A DNA stretch of 64,000 nt from Chrysomallon squamiferum (taxonomy: Eukaryota > Animalia > Mollusca), in the NCBI GenBank assembly GCA_012295275.1, contig CM022668.1, forward strand, positions 3,410,001 to 3,474,000, read 5' to 3'. Both the position numbers and the translations under genes were made by a program. Shown here in pieces: positions 1-13,336 of the stretch. The notes under the pieces are model-generated. The model was given only the letters and a program-made list of their open reading frames with translations. It did no database searches and was not told where the DNA came from. Within the stretch, counting starts at the first letter, position 1, and each line of letters starts with the position of its first letter.

Positions 1-354
1 GTAATAAAATAGCAACCACGAATTCTACAAGTAGGTATAAACTAAATTGCAGTCCGTAATTGCAATTGGTATATTAAATAAGTTAGGACCAATTTGCTAA
101 GTTAAAGAAACACAGAAAACAGTACAGCTAAATATCGCTAAGAACACTTTCCACAGCTTGAACGGGGCCCTATTAGGGTATGCTTAAGGATCCTACTACG
201 TAAGATAAAAAACGATATTTCTTCAACCACACTAGCCATGGATATGACATAAAGAATATAGTTAAATCGCTCAGTTCATGTACAGAGCGGCTTTTCAAGG
301 ATCCCTGGAAACAGAGGAATGATAAATGGTTGTTTGTCCTGCCAAATTTTGACT

Positions 355-632
355 GTAATAATTGCATTGTTATAGTTGTAGTTGAAATTGTAGGAATAGT
401 AGTTGTTGTTGTAATTGTGGTTGTCATTGTAGACGTACTAGTTGTATTTGAAACTGATGTTGAAGTTATAGTAGCAGTTGTACTAGTAGCTGTAATAATC
501 CTAGTTCTAGTTTTTGTAGTAGTAGTAGTTGTGGTTGTGGTAGTAGTTGTAGTTGTGGTACTTGTGATAGTTGAAGCTGCAAGGGTTGTAGTTGAAGTTT
601 TGAGTTGATGATGAAGTAGCAGCAGTAGTTGT
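355..632. repeat. (GTN)n trinucleotide low-complexity tract
   Basis: GTA/GTT/GTG runs explain the Thr-rich and Val-rich ORFs. Confidence 0.85.
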
Positions 633-679
633 GTGATATGAATGAAAGGCTTTTGTGTTTTGGAAATGACTGTATTCAT

Positions 680-2195
680 GTTTTAGAATTATTTTGAGAT
701 GTAAAAGAAACTTTTCTTCATTTCACAATTACAGCTAAATTAATAGAATAAATTTTCTTGTTTCAAAAGAAACAGTTTCTTTACTTCACTTGTTGTATAT
801 GTTATTATTAATGATACTCTTAAATTAACGCAAACCTTTAATTTTGTTTTAGTATCAATTTAGTCGTCTGAAAACGTGAATACGTTTTCATTTTTCATCT
901 CGAAAATATGAATAAACGTTACAGGTTTTAGAAATTGTTTAAATCGTTTAATATTATTCTGAGACATGAAGAAAATTCATTATTATTATCATTCTCAAGT
1001 GGATTGAAACGTTTAATTTTATTTCATTATTAATTTATTCTTATAAAAACTGGAAGCATTTTTCATTTTCGTTTTCTGATAGGAATAAAATAGCTATAGA
1101 TTTTATTGTCTAATATGTTTTTAAATTATTTTCAGTTAGGAAATAAAAGTTCAAAATATATATAAATAAAGAGACATGTATCTGATGACCAAATGATGGG
1201 TCGCTAAGAAAATGTGAAAAAATCCTGTCTTCTTCTGTGATGTAGTCGCTTCATCTTTGTGCTCAAATTTTCTTCTTTCACCTTGTTAAAACAAATGAAG
1301 AAAAATCTGTAATTCATTCTAAAAATGTTTAATCGAAATGCAAAATGAATTCATTTATTTTAATTATTATTATTATTATCCTTTCATAGATAGAAATATT
1401 TAATTTTATTTTATCATTAGTTTATTCTTCTGAAAATGTAAAGGTGGTATGAATATAGAGGTCGTAGCGTTTGGAAGAAAACTCACCTAATTACAGTTAA
1501 ATTAATACTTACCTCATTTCAAACGAAATTTACTGTGCCTTCATTTTTTACTTTCTTCAACTACAGATTATAAAACAGAAAATCCATGTGTAGACATCAG
1601 TGCAATGAATCTGACGATTACTTTAAATCTTTGAATCATTCTGAGAAATGACAGAAAATGTATTATTATATTATCATTATTACTATCATTATCATCATCA
1701 TCATCATTATCATTAATGGTAGTAGTTGTAGAAGTGGATTAATGTTTAATTTTGTTTTATTATTAATGTATTCTGTAAACTTAAGGGCTGTAGTATTTTT
1801 TGTATTATTATTATTTTTTTTTTTTTCCATTTGAGTGATATGAATACAAATGACATAGATTTTGGAAATTATTGTTAAAACTATTCAATTTATTTTAAGA
1901 TAAGAAAGAAAATGTCTGTTTTGACACAAACGCAAAAAATCCGATGGCTAAGTTTAAATTCATTTATTTTGGATTTTAATATTATTATTTAACAAACACA
2001 AATAATACATTTTTGTTTATTACTAATTTATTCATCTCAAAGCTTGAACACATTTTTCTTTACGTCTTAAGTGATGTATATTACAAGGTTATAGATTTTG
2101 GAAATTATTTAAATTTCGCAATGAAACGTGAACGAACCGTGTTCCAGCCTCCTGTTAAAACAAGAGAAAATCAGTTCATTTATTGAAATTATTAT

Positions 2196-2237
<42 letters not shown>

Positions 2238-2238
2238 A

Positions 2239-2279
<41 letters not shown>

Positions 2280-2510
2280 GTTAAATCAAACAATTAATTT
2301 TAATTTGGATTATTAATTTATTCTTCTAAAAACGTGAAGGTGTTTTTTTTATCATTTACGTTGAAATGAATAAGTCTTTTAAAATTATTTTGAGATATAA
2401 AAGAAAATGATCTTGATATCACAATTACAGTTTCAAACTTAACTCATTGTGTCTCTCTCTGTCTTCATTCTTTTACCGTCTTCACGTGCGGATTATAAAA
2501 TAATCATTTA
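680..2510. repeat. Old, highly diverged tandem array of 170-390-bp modules
   Basis: The motif T(T/C)AATTTATTCTT..AAAA recurs near 855, 1030, 1418, 1762, 2023 and 2312. The motif TATAGATTT..GAAATT...ATT(T/C)TGAGA..GAAAA recurs near 681, 918, 1092, 1621, 1852, 2087 and 2373. Confidence 0.55.
2188..2278. repeat. (TAC)n(TAT)n microsatellite
   Basis: Directly visible. Confidence 0.95.
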
Positions 2511-2595
2511 TATATAACTCGTCTCGAAGCACCAGCCTCAAGCTCAGTCTTTGTATCGACGGCATCAGCCGCTTAACCAAGTGCGACATGTTGCT
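2510..2595 (-). mobile_element. Possible tRNA-derived SINE head
   Basis: The minus strand has an A-box-like GTCGCACTTGGTTAAGCG and a B-box-like GCTTCGAGAC about 50 nt apart. There is no complete cloverleaf. Confidence 0.3.
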
Positions 2596-4422
2596 AAAGA
2601 AACTCAAATAGAAGTAATCATTTGTTTTGATAATGAAACACAATTGAACACAATAAAATATTGATTTTTAATGACTAAGTGGTACTGATTTTTTGGAATA
2701 AAAGGTAACATATGATGGTGAAAGAAAGCCATATCTGAATTTGATAAGATTGGGGAACGATTGGAAACTGATTTTTGTTTCGAGTGTAACTTAATTCCGC
2801 GCACTGTACAGTGTCCAAAGTGCATTACCGAATTTTTGACATTGTACGATATCAAACGGAAGGACAGGCGACTGAAAGATGTTATAATAAAGCGTCGTGC
2901 CGCGGAAAACCGAATTAAGTCCAACTTCTGATGGGTACATGGTTCGAGAATTCCGATATATCCCATCGTCGGCTTATTCGGCACATCAAAAAAACAACAA
3001 CAACATTATAAGCCAACCGTAGAGGAAACTTCAATAATCTTCAGTGACAGTGACAGCGACTCGGATGATCAGAAGATTAGAAGACTCTAACCTAATCCTA
3101 GAATTTATCCTAACCCCTTTTTTTTTTTTTTTTTTTTTGTAGTTTGTAGTTTTGCCTCTCTCACCTTTGTTTTCTTTGCCTTTTCTTCCTCTTTTTCTCT
3201 GCCAACTCTTCTTCATACCTCTTGAGACTTGAGTTTGACAACATACCCCACCAGATGGACAGTGGACTTTCAGTTGTTTCAAAAAACTTAAATAATACTC
3301 GAAATGGACTATATCAATGCCATAACTATTGCTTTCACCAACAAATATAGGGGCCAGATATACCCCATCCATGGGGGCCAAAATTGCCCCAAGTGATGGA
3401 ATAAAATAAAACACAGATTTCTTCCCTAATTATCACATATTAATCAAACTTTCTTCTGCTGAACTTAATAACTGTTATAACTTATCACTATATAGGACTA
3501 AAAAAATAGCACTCACTTTTGTAACCTCTAAACGAACTTTTTTTTACAACCTTGTTTTTTTCACTACTTTCATGGCCACTATACTTTACATGTAAATGGC
3601 TGATTACCTACATCCTTTGTTCTAATGACAGATAGGAAGGTTCTATTTATATCAACAAAGTTCCAGAAATCTGGACAGAGCAGTATAGCGGCTGCAAGTC
3701 ATAATATACCTCGGGGGGCCAGAATTACTGCTCCTTGCCCTTCATGTATTTATAAAGAAAATAACGTATTTTATTTAAATTCTTCTTGTTAGAACTGATG
3801 GAACGTTCGGAACTCTTGCTTTAGTTTTTGCTAATTGCTTGAAAATACAATTCTGATAGAAGCTATTTTACTGACAAACATAAATAATAAAATACCAATT
3901 TTTTAACAACATAATGTCGATGAAAGCCACCAAAAAGGCGTGTCCCATGACGCTTATGTGACCAACCCGACAAATGTTTTCATCGAACGTCTTATCAGGT
4001 TACTATGTTATTATTGTTATAATGTTTCGTTTTTGAAAGAAGTTATTTTCATTGAAGACATTTTAAAATGCACAATTTAATTAAATCTGTGTTTGTTATT
4101 AATGTAACATTTCGTGTTTGATTACAAAAAATAACATCGAGAGAAGATTCGATTGTCTCGTTTCGCCCGTGCAGTAACACATAAACTCGTTTTACGTCGG
4201 ATTTGTGACATGCTGACCTATTATCGGAGGTAAATTAGTTAAGACAGTATTTACGAAGATAACACCATAAACGTTGATAATAATATCAGTTCTAATCATT
4301 TCTGTGTATCGACTATAGTGTTCTAATTACGCTTACTTTTATTATTAGTGCAGGAGTTTTTACTGATCAATTTTCTTTTGTTTCTATAATGATTTTATGT
4401 CTATTTTATACACAACAAACAC

Positions 4423-4462
<40 letters not shown>

Positions 4463-4697
4463 GGCAGCAAACCCAGATCAGTCTGAAATATTCACTTAGA
4501 CACCAGTTAGTGCATATTTATTAATAATAATTTGCGAAAGGAAGATTCAAAAGGTTTTGTTTATTTATTTATATGAGAGAGGAAAGAAATAGAAACTCAT
4601 ACTCAGAATCATTAAAAATACTGCAGTGCTAGACAGATATGTAGAAGAAATAGAATATAAATGATCTTAGCTACACTAAAATAATTGTGTGAGCAAT

Positions 4698-4763
4698 ATA
4701 AATCTTAACAACTTTTCATAGAAATCTTAACAACTTTTCATATAAATCTTAACAACTTTTCAT
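4698..4763. repeat. 22-bp tandem repeat x3
   Basis: AAATCTTAACAACTTTTCATA(G/T) repeated. Confidence 0.9.
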
Positions 4764-7249
4764 TCCCCTTATAATCATAATGACAGTAGCCAGATTTCAC
4801 TTTTCCAGTTGTCTCTCTAGGTGGTTCTATCAACTAACAGAACTCATATTAATAATTAAAGTGATGTCAGCAGCCCAATTTGCATATCTTTGTTAATCAT
4901 TTGTGTATCATTTCTTAAATGAAAGTTTCTCTGGTGACTATCTAGTCATATTTTATTTTACCTTATAGCAAATGAAAAACCTGAGAACATGGTAAAATAT
5001 TTTAGGAAACTTAAAATTAAACACGTTCTCCCACTGATTAATAAAATATTCAAGGAAATTTGCCATAAAGATTTCTTTCAGCATAATAGGTTTTTGTTTT
5101 ATTTAAAATTTTATTATTAATCATAGATAAAGCTGTAACATTTATTACTTTTGATCACCTTCCAGTTCACATAACGAAACAAGACATCAATTTTAAAACC
5201 CATTTGAATGAATGTTACAAATGATCCTCTCAAGAAAGGACAATTATATGATGATGAAAAGTAATTGGGGTATAAATATTTGTAATTCTGAAAAATCATA
5301 AAGTGATCTTTGTCACTGTCATTGCTGTGTAATTTTAAATTCTTCACAGGAAGTTTGTATTCTTCTCTATTTTCTGTTTAAGAATTTATGGTTTTCTTAA
5401 CAGCATTGTAAACAGATAGAGTAACTAAAAATTAGAAGTCTTGTAAATTAAAGTAAAACAAACAGAAAAACTGATTCAGATATTTATTCACCACGATGAG
5501 TAATAACTGCCATATAATTAAATATACATTGAAATATCAACTAAAGTTTAAAAAAGAGAAAATAGAATTAACATCTGCTACTACTACTAACAGATTATTA
5601 AAACATAAATTTAAAATATTCTGGTAAGTAGTATTAAATGTTAATATAACAGAACAAACTATTTGTTTCTTACACATACTACAATGAAGAACATAATGTC
5701 TGCATTACATTTTTGTAATTTAATGCATTTCTTTTAACTGCTAAGAATTTGTTTACTTTTTACTGTAAACTAATATACAAATTTATTTAACTAGCAATAA
5801 TAAATATCACATTGTGTTACAGCTGTAAACTTGTTAAATTGTTATTAATTTTGTATTACATGCATTTTTAAAAAAAATAAAAATTCAGTTTTAATATCAA
5901 CATTTTTTACTGTGATAAATTTGTAAGAAAATGCCTCAGAGTTGAGTGGTTTTTAATGTGTTTTTTTTTTTTTTTTTACCAAAACACACTTTCAAGTGGT
6001 CAGAGATCAAAGAATGTTTTAGATGTCTTGTAAACAGTTTTGCCAAGTAACCACTAGATCTTGCAGTTGGAATAAAGTAAATGGAAAGCAAATGGAGTTC
6101 AATTATATATCTACTCTTGAGAGAGCACAGTGCTGGATTTAAATCATACATGCACTTGGGATGGTGGGTAGGGGGAGAAACAAAATAAAAAATAAAAAAG
6201 CTATTAACCAAGAAAATAGTGATACTAAAATAAATAAGGATTAGTCATAAAAATTGGAAAAAAAAAAAAATAAAAAAAAATATTACAACATAAACTTTGC
6301 TTCCCAATTGCTTGATCATTACAGTATTATTGTTTGTTATGTAGTAGATATTATTGTTTCAGATTGTGTTAGACAGAAAAAGAAATCCGGCAGAGCTATG
6401 TCCCTTGAGCAATTAAGAATACCAACATGTTGGTTAACTTACTAAATTGTACCTCTAGCAGACAAATGTAAAAACATACTTTAAAGAAGTTTTATTTTAA
6501 AATCAGTCTTACCTAATAAAATATAACACGTGCAGTTACAAAATATTTGGTTGCCACCTTTACTCAGCAACATTCTCAATACATTCTTTCAAAGAAGTTA
6601 GAAAAATAGTTTACATAGTTTGAAATGTGATACAAAGCCCAAATTTGTTTGTGAAACCTCAACAATCATTATCTGAATTAGTGAAAAAAAAGTATCTACA
6701 TTATTCGTGTCTACGCAGCTAACACAGTTATTATTACAACTATAATCTTCTCTACAGTTGATAGCCTGTTCATTGCAATTTACAAAAAAACCCCAAAAAA
6801 CAAACAATTATAATCAGATACTTTTAATAGTCTTTCACAATAGTAAATTTACATTTTTAATTTCTCCATTTTGTTAAATTGTTATTATGTTTTTATTCAA
6901 TTACTCCTCACTTAAGGGCAGAGCTCTGTTCCTATGAGTAGTTGTTAAATGAACTGGTCGATATGCAAGTCATTTCTTGCCGATATTTCATATATACTGT
7001 ACACAAAGTGTCAGCCATCTTTAGATATCATTTTAATGTCACATTTGCAACATTTTTAATGTATTTAGTATATATTTTAATGTTTATACAGAAGTGTACT
7101 GAGGACTTTTATAAACAGAATGCAGGAAAATATTTGACACTGAAATGTCACACTGGTATTTCCACAACCAAAGTTCTTGTACTCTATATATACATGTATA
7201 TAAAACTGCTTATATTTTGTATAGAAAATCTGTCTGATATGGGTGCAGT

Positions 7250-9080
7250 ACAATGCAGCATATTCAGCTAACTACTTCTCCAACAGTGTTCAACCCTCCT
7301 GTTTGCTTTAGTTGCAACAGCTCTGTCCATTTCACAAGGGATTGCACTAGAAATGGGCAGAGAGATTTTCCCAGAGGTAGGTGGATGAGTAGAAAAGGAG
7401 GAAATCAGTACCCTATGGATACTACAAGAGGATGAGGTTTGCTTGGTAAACACTTCTTAAGGAAAGTGATTAATAAATCTGTACACACATGCTGGATATC
7501 TAGTCTACAGCCTGCTGAACAGATGAAAAATGTCTTAGGTTCAGTCAAAATTAGTGGACAACATCCAGTCTGCATTCCATCTGAGTCTACTGTTCTAACT
7601 AATTCTATATGTCAAACTGATGAGCACAATTTGAGTGGCTATGCTGTGATACAGCAAATGGAAGGCAAGTCCAAATATATACCTGCAAATTTTATGGTGA
7701 CAAACATGTTTGTGTTCAGAATGAACCATTTTAGGTGTGTACTGTAAACTTAGGGTCTTCAGCTATGTGGTTGAAACAAAGAACTAGAGTTGGTGTTTTG
7801 TCATCTGTGCTAGCGGTAAAAGAACCTCATTCAACAAATAACACGGAGGTAAAATTTAGAAAGACGGAGAAAGGAGAAGAGGTTTACTTACATTTGTACT
7901 CGGAGCTCAACAAGTCACTGTGATAGATTGCATGTTTACATCTCAAACCATGATTGTTCCAATGAGCAGAAGAAAAAGTTAGAGAGAATACTTAACTGAT
8001 GTATTAATGCTAAAGATGACCTTGATTTGGGGTTTACTGTAAAACATAACATATGCACAACTGATAACATACCAGTGTCTCAACTGTACAGAAGAATTTC
8101 ACAGTCAGTATCAGGAAGTCAAGGAGCAGCAAGATGTAATTTGACCCAGCCATATGCATCTCCTATTGTTATAGAGAAAAAAGGACTACACAATTCATCT
8201 GTATGTGGACTATACTAGAAATTACTGCTTTCCAGTACTTAGAATTAGATACCTTGCATGGTGCAAAATGTTTAAAACACTAGATATGGCCAGTGGATAC
8301 AACTAGGTTACAACTGAGGATAAAGACAAAGACAAAACTGCATTCATCATGTCAATGGGTTTGAATACAATCAAGTACCTTTTGCTTCAGAGAGCAGATA
8401 TTTATGCAAGTTCATTTGATGAACACATACAGACTAGAGGTATTTAACATTTTAAAATAGCACAGGCTCAAACTAAAACTAAGCAAATGCTGCTTCCTTA
8501 AAAAAGAAGTGAAATACACTGCACCACATTATAAATGAAATTATTGTTAGTTCACATTAACTCATTTAAACAATTGATAGAGTTACAATGCCTCAAACTG
8601 GTACTACAAGAGAACAAGGTTTGGCTGAAGACCAGCAAGAGCAGGAGACAAATTTCAGTCCGATTTGTTGTGAGTCAGATATTAGAGGAAAAATGTACAA
8701 AACCAACTCAAATGCAAGTTTTTATGACAAACGGTTTGCTCAGTGTGAGTAATTGTATTGTAAACAAAGAAATTTTATGTAAACTGCTTGATCTTGCCTA
8801 TATCTATTTAATCTCTCAGAGATTATCTATGTATAAAAGATTCTCACAGAGGTAAATGGACAAACAGAAGGCTTAGAAGTCAGTATCCTAGTAGTGCAAG
8901 ACCAGTAAGAGCAGTGGGAAACTTCAAGCTGGTCAAGGTAAACACTCTAGTCGGTGTACACATAGAGTCTACAACTATTTGGCTGAAACAAAAACTAGAG
9001 TACATATTTGTCAGTATCAGAGGCAGAATAGCCTCAGTCAATGAGCAGCATGGAGGTGAGATTTAGAAATGCAAAAGAAT
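7250..9080 (+). mobile_element. Degenerate Ty3/Gypsy LTR retrotransposon fragments (gag zinc knuckle plus RT)
   Basis: CCHC knuckle CFSCNSSVHFTRDC at 7304-7345. Frameshifted RT remnants: PVSQLYRRI, PYASPIV (~8150), LDTLHGAKC/KTLDMASGY (~8246-8300), DKDKTAF (~8325), LKLKLSKCCFLKKEVKY (~8467-8517). Segment ~8975-9080 is a diverged copy of ~7760-7870. Confidence 0.85.
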
Positions 9081-9888
9081 TATATTTATTTAACAAAATA
9101 TGTTCATGACTGTCTTCTTGTTTAATAATCTTATGAATGTTTCCGAGGACATGAGAGGAATTTGTGAGGGATTTAACTAAAAAATTAACAAACACCAGTA
9201 GGGTGTCAAAAGTTAAGCTCTCTTTTCATTTAAATTTGGGGCATCTGAGAAATTCCTGCTTGACAGACTGTCACTGGGTCTATCTTAAGGAACTCAGGTC
9301 AGTTGTGGTCTATTAGTATTGGTCTGGTGTGTGTGAGTTTTCTGTGTGACAGGTGTGAAAGACAGTTCACTGAAAGCGAAGAAGACATTTGGGAGCAATC
9401 CTCCATATCATATACATTATCTACATCTTATCATCATGGATAAAAGAATACAACTAAGATTGAACTAGTTTTTGTGTGAGGGTGCTTTATGCACCCAGCC
9501 TAACATATGTATAAAAAAATATATTCTAACTTTTCATACTCTGGATGAATTAATAAATAAATGGATGGTTTAACGATGGAATATATTTTAAGAACTCTGT
9601 TTACAAACATGTGAAACATTTCAAGTTTATCTAAAAAGAAATAAACAAATAGTTAAATAAATAAATAACAATAATTAGAGATTTTAACTTTACAGAAATG
9701 AATGATAATAGTAACTGTATTTATCAAAAAATATCAGATATTAACCTAATTCTGCATTTCCAAAAAACATGCATGAAACTATTTTAAATTTTAAATCAGA
9801 GAACATAATAAAAAATATAAATTTCTAACTGATAACATGTTTCATGTAGAAAGACGCCTCTCAGACTTGGCCAGTCAGTGCGGTGGCT

Positions 9889-10311
9889 GGAAAAAAAGTC
9901 ACAATTTTTATACAACAAAATATATGTCACATCATAGTATGCATGGGGTAATTGTTAAGCTTATTGATTAGGTCAGTTAGGCTATATTAAAGAAGGAAGC
10001 TTCATATTGTGCTCTAGTATGGAAGTTATTCATAGCAATAAGGCTGGTAACAAAATCTGCTATGAGGAGTTCATGTGAACAGGCGACAGTGGTTAACATC
10101 ATCCAGCAACTTGTGTGTCGATTCCTTCGAGGACTGCAAGACTGTGGCAGAATTTATTCGTGGTATTGGGTGGGACAATAAACCACCAACATTAAAATCA
10201 AAGATCGTTAACAAAAAACTCTGACAAAATGTGTTTAACTTATCTTTCATTTCTAATATTTTTCTTAATTAAAAATTGTGACTTTTTTTCCTGTGACATT
10301 TTTCCTAGATT
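9889..10311. mobile_element. Non-autonomous TIR element (MULE-like MITE) just downstream of the GPN2 stop
   Basis: Perfect 22-bp inverted repeat: GGAAAAAAAGTCACAATTTTTA (9889-9910) and TAAAAATTGTGACTTTTTTTCC (10270-10291). An extra subrepeat TGTGACATTTTTCCTAGATT extends to 10311, a subrepeat structure typical of MULE TIRs. No TSD seen. Confidence 0.65.
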
Positions 10312-10348
10312 TGTCAGTACTGTGGCTAACTGTAACTGTAAATAACTG

Positions 10349-11831
10349 TTAAGTTCTGATTTCCTTTTCACCTACATCAACATTATTCATATGTGGGTCC
10401 GTGTCCATATACTTCTCACGAATGTCTTTAAGTTTCTCATACTCAAACTCTGCCCCCATTGCACATGAAAACATGTCCTCAATGTTTCTCTCTTCCACAT
10501 CACCAAATATAAAACCATTTGCTTTGTCTGCTGCCTGGATTACTCGGAGTATGCTGTCTCTGTCCTGTTAGAAACAAAATAAAAACACATTAAAATTCTT
10601 TCAATTTCTGTTAACAATAAACGTAGATGTACTATTTTCAGTTTCACTTGATAGCATACATATTATTCTATGTGTCAGTACTAATACATACTTTTATGAT
10701 ACAAATTCAAGGTCTGCAAACTTCGCAGTTATGAATGTTTATTAAAAAAAATAATAATAATATATTTTTCTGACAATGCCAGAAGAAAGTTATAAAGAAT
10801 CAATGTGAATGATATCTGGTGCAGAGGTAAAGAGCTCTTGGATTAGATGATGTCAGGAAATCTAGAACTGAAATGTTGTTGTTAGGCAAATGATAAATAC
10901 AGACATTTACCTGAATACTGAGTGCAAGAAATGAAACCAGACTATAGTTCTCTATTACTTCCATCAAAGCCTTGTTTAGCGTTTTATATTTCTGGAAAAA
11001 TGGATCATCCTGCAAAGCAACATTTCAACAGATAAGTTTTTTAATTTGCTTTCAAATAATTCTACCAACTATTAAAATCTAATCTGACTATCAAAAATAG
11101 CATTTGAATTTGTTTTATTTGGATATTTTCATATAAAAATGTGAAAAATACAAATATAACTATAAATTTAGCTATAGCAAAACTTGGGCTGGTGCCATAG
11201 AAGGTAAGAGTGATTTGTTTACCTGTAGTTGCTCTAGAAGATAATTCAAATCTAGAACTTCTGTGTAATAATCAAGATTAAAAGCCAGCTTGCCGTACTT
11301 CTCAATGAGATCAGCTTTAGACAAGATGTTGATGTGTGGCAGTTCCATCTGCAACATGGTCACCAGTGATGTTAGGAGAACAGAAATAAACTTGCTGGCA
11401 TCATTGCAATAATGAGAGTCAACAAGGTGAACAGCAACCAGTCTGTAGTCCCACTTTACAAGTTGTTGTAACATATTTTTTACTGAACTGTGATGTGTGT
11501 ACAACTCCACCTGCCCAGGAAAGTCAAACAAAAGATATTTGTCCTTCACCTTTTCTAACTGTGACTGTAACCAGTCAAAATTTTTTTCAAGATATTCCAT
11601 ACAGTAGATGAGTCCTCCATTTGGTCCTAATTTCAGACTGTCCATAACATCAGTTAGTGTAATAAGGTCTGAAATGTCTACATCACATTTGTAAAGGAGG
11701 TTGTCATTGGCTGGATCTAAATTCACAACAGCAACATCACGGCCCAAGCGATTGAGAAAAGCTGATATTTCAGCACAGTAAGTGGTCTTCCCTGACCCTG
11801 GTGGGCCGATGACAACTTGACCAAACAACAT
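10349..11831 (-). CDS. GPN2: GPN-loop GTPase 2 (3 coding exons, 307 aa)
   Basis: Coding exons are 11831-11223, 11009-10911 and 10564-10349 (TAA), all GT-AG and phase 0. The protein has the P-loop [14 protein letters not shown], the GPN loop [19 protein letters not shown] and the C-terminal DKANGFIFG...CAMGAEFEY typical of GPN2. The ORF-track tail VNKSLL... is intron read-through. Confidence 0.95.
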
Positions 11832-12299
11832 GATTTATTTTGTATATTAAAAACTGTATATCTGTGAAACAAAAATTTTATATGCAAAATTGTAACATTA
11901 TTTTGAAAAATATTTATCTTTCGTGTTCTCTTGAGTACTGATTTACCTTCTTTTCTTTATTTCATTTCTTCCTTTTTTTAATAATACAAATTGAAACTAA
12001 CTGTGACACAATTTTGGAAGGTGTAAACGTGGAAAATTATAAACGTAATAAATTGAAATTATGACCTTATTATATAATATAATTTATTTTAATTATTAGA
12101 ATAGTATTGATATTATTAGTTATTTAAGTTATTACTTATTAAGTTATAGTAATTCTGTAATGTAACTTATAAATGTTACTGAAACACAGCGTTAATCGAT
12201 TTTAACCGGACAGATCTCAATAAAAATAGCTGATTTTCCTCATTTTCTGTTTTGAACCAGGTGGGGAGAACAACAGCAATTCTTTCCTCAGATTCATCA

Positions 12300-12632
12300 G
12301 AAGAAGACTTACAATCAAAATAATTCATTGTTTATGGAGGTCGCCATTTTTATTTTGTTTGTTAGGAATTCCACCATCTATTAATATTACTCGTTTCTTT
12401 TCCAAATTATATAAAATATTCATCATGATGTATACATTTTAAGAAATACCCCACCGGGTAGATTAAGTAAATGTGTTTTTGTAAATGGTACGCTTAAAGT
12501 AAGTCATACTGATAATTTTTACTGACAGTGACACGGTGAATAACTGGTATTAATTTTCTAGACCGGAATTCCTTTCATTTCTTTTCTGTAAAAGAAACGA
12601 ATTATAAAGACTAATCACGTGATTTCCTGACA
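12300..12632. promoter_or_regulatory. Bidirectional GPN2/COMMD10 promoter
   Basis: The two genes diverge from a locally CpG-containing interval. Motifs: YY1-type CGCCATTTT 12342-12350, ETS-like ACCGGAA 12562-12568, palindromic E-box AATCACGTGATT 12613-12624. Confidence 0.7.
12313..12360 (-). other. Putative non-coding first exon of GPN2 containing a 10-codon uORF
   Basis: Minus-strand donor TT|GTAAGT at 12312-12307 and acceptor TTTCACAG| at 11863-11862, 30 nt upstream of the GPN2 ATG. The uORF ATGGCG...TGA spans 12347-12315. The 5' end is approximate. Confidence 0.5.
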
Positions 12633-13298
12633 ATGGCTTTAATGTTTTCTGCAACTCCAAGGTTGGTAAATCATTAACAGTAAAGGAAACAATAGTATTT
12701 ATTGATATTTATTTATAATTACAATGGTATTTGACGATTTAATTTCATAAAAGTTAAATGTCACCGCCCCCAAAATCAGAACATTTGTCAGGACCGACGT
12801 AAAACACGGGTACGGATACATAGATGATAGAAATGTATCGTACTTTTACGAGTAAAAAAACCCTTTTATTAAATTCTTTTCTTTTTGAAGAATAATTTGT
12901 ATATCCCTCATCATTAAAACAAATAAATAAAAATAAAAATAAAACAGAAATAAAAATTATTACATGAAGAGTAAATAGTGTTTATAGAATTATATTTAAT
13001 CTTTTTCAGCATCAAGAAAGCAGTGTGTTTGATAAATGATCTGAATCCATCCAAATTTCCACTCCTTTTGTCAAGAATTACTCAGAAACTTCATCTAAAG
13101 GTTGGTTTATGTCTTCTTTATTTTAATGCTATTTCTATCTCTCTAGAAGTTGTTTTATTGTTGCATATTTAATATCAATGTTTTATTTATTTTCTGTGAA
13201 ATCTATAAATTTAAGAACAGAATATGGTGTATCTATATATATCTTCATTTAAATTTGACTTCTATACTTAATACAACTTAAATTTTTCTTTTCCTTAA

Positions 13299-13336
<38 letters not shown>

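Noticed and set aside
173-679. Mucin-like Thr-rich ORF (168 aa) and antisense Val-rich ORF
   Set aside because: These come from a trinucleotide low-complexity tract, with no signal peptide or splice support.
3330-3750. GGGGCCA(G/A)A subrepeats suggestive of a DNA-transposon end
   Set aside because: The copies are direct and degenerate with no inverted partner, so no element could be defined.
11172-11222. C-terminal 16 aa of the 219-aa GPN ORF
   Set aside because: This is intron read-through. The CAG|GTAAAC donor at 11222 leads to two further conserved exons.
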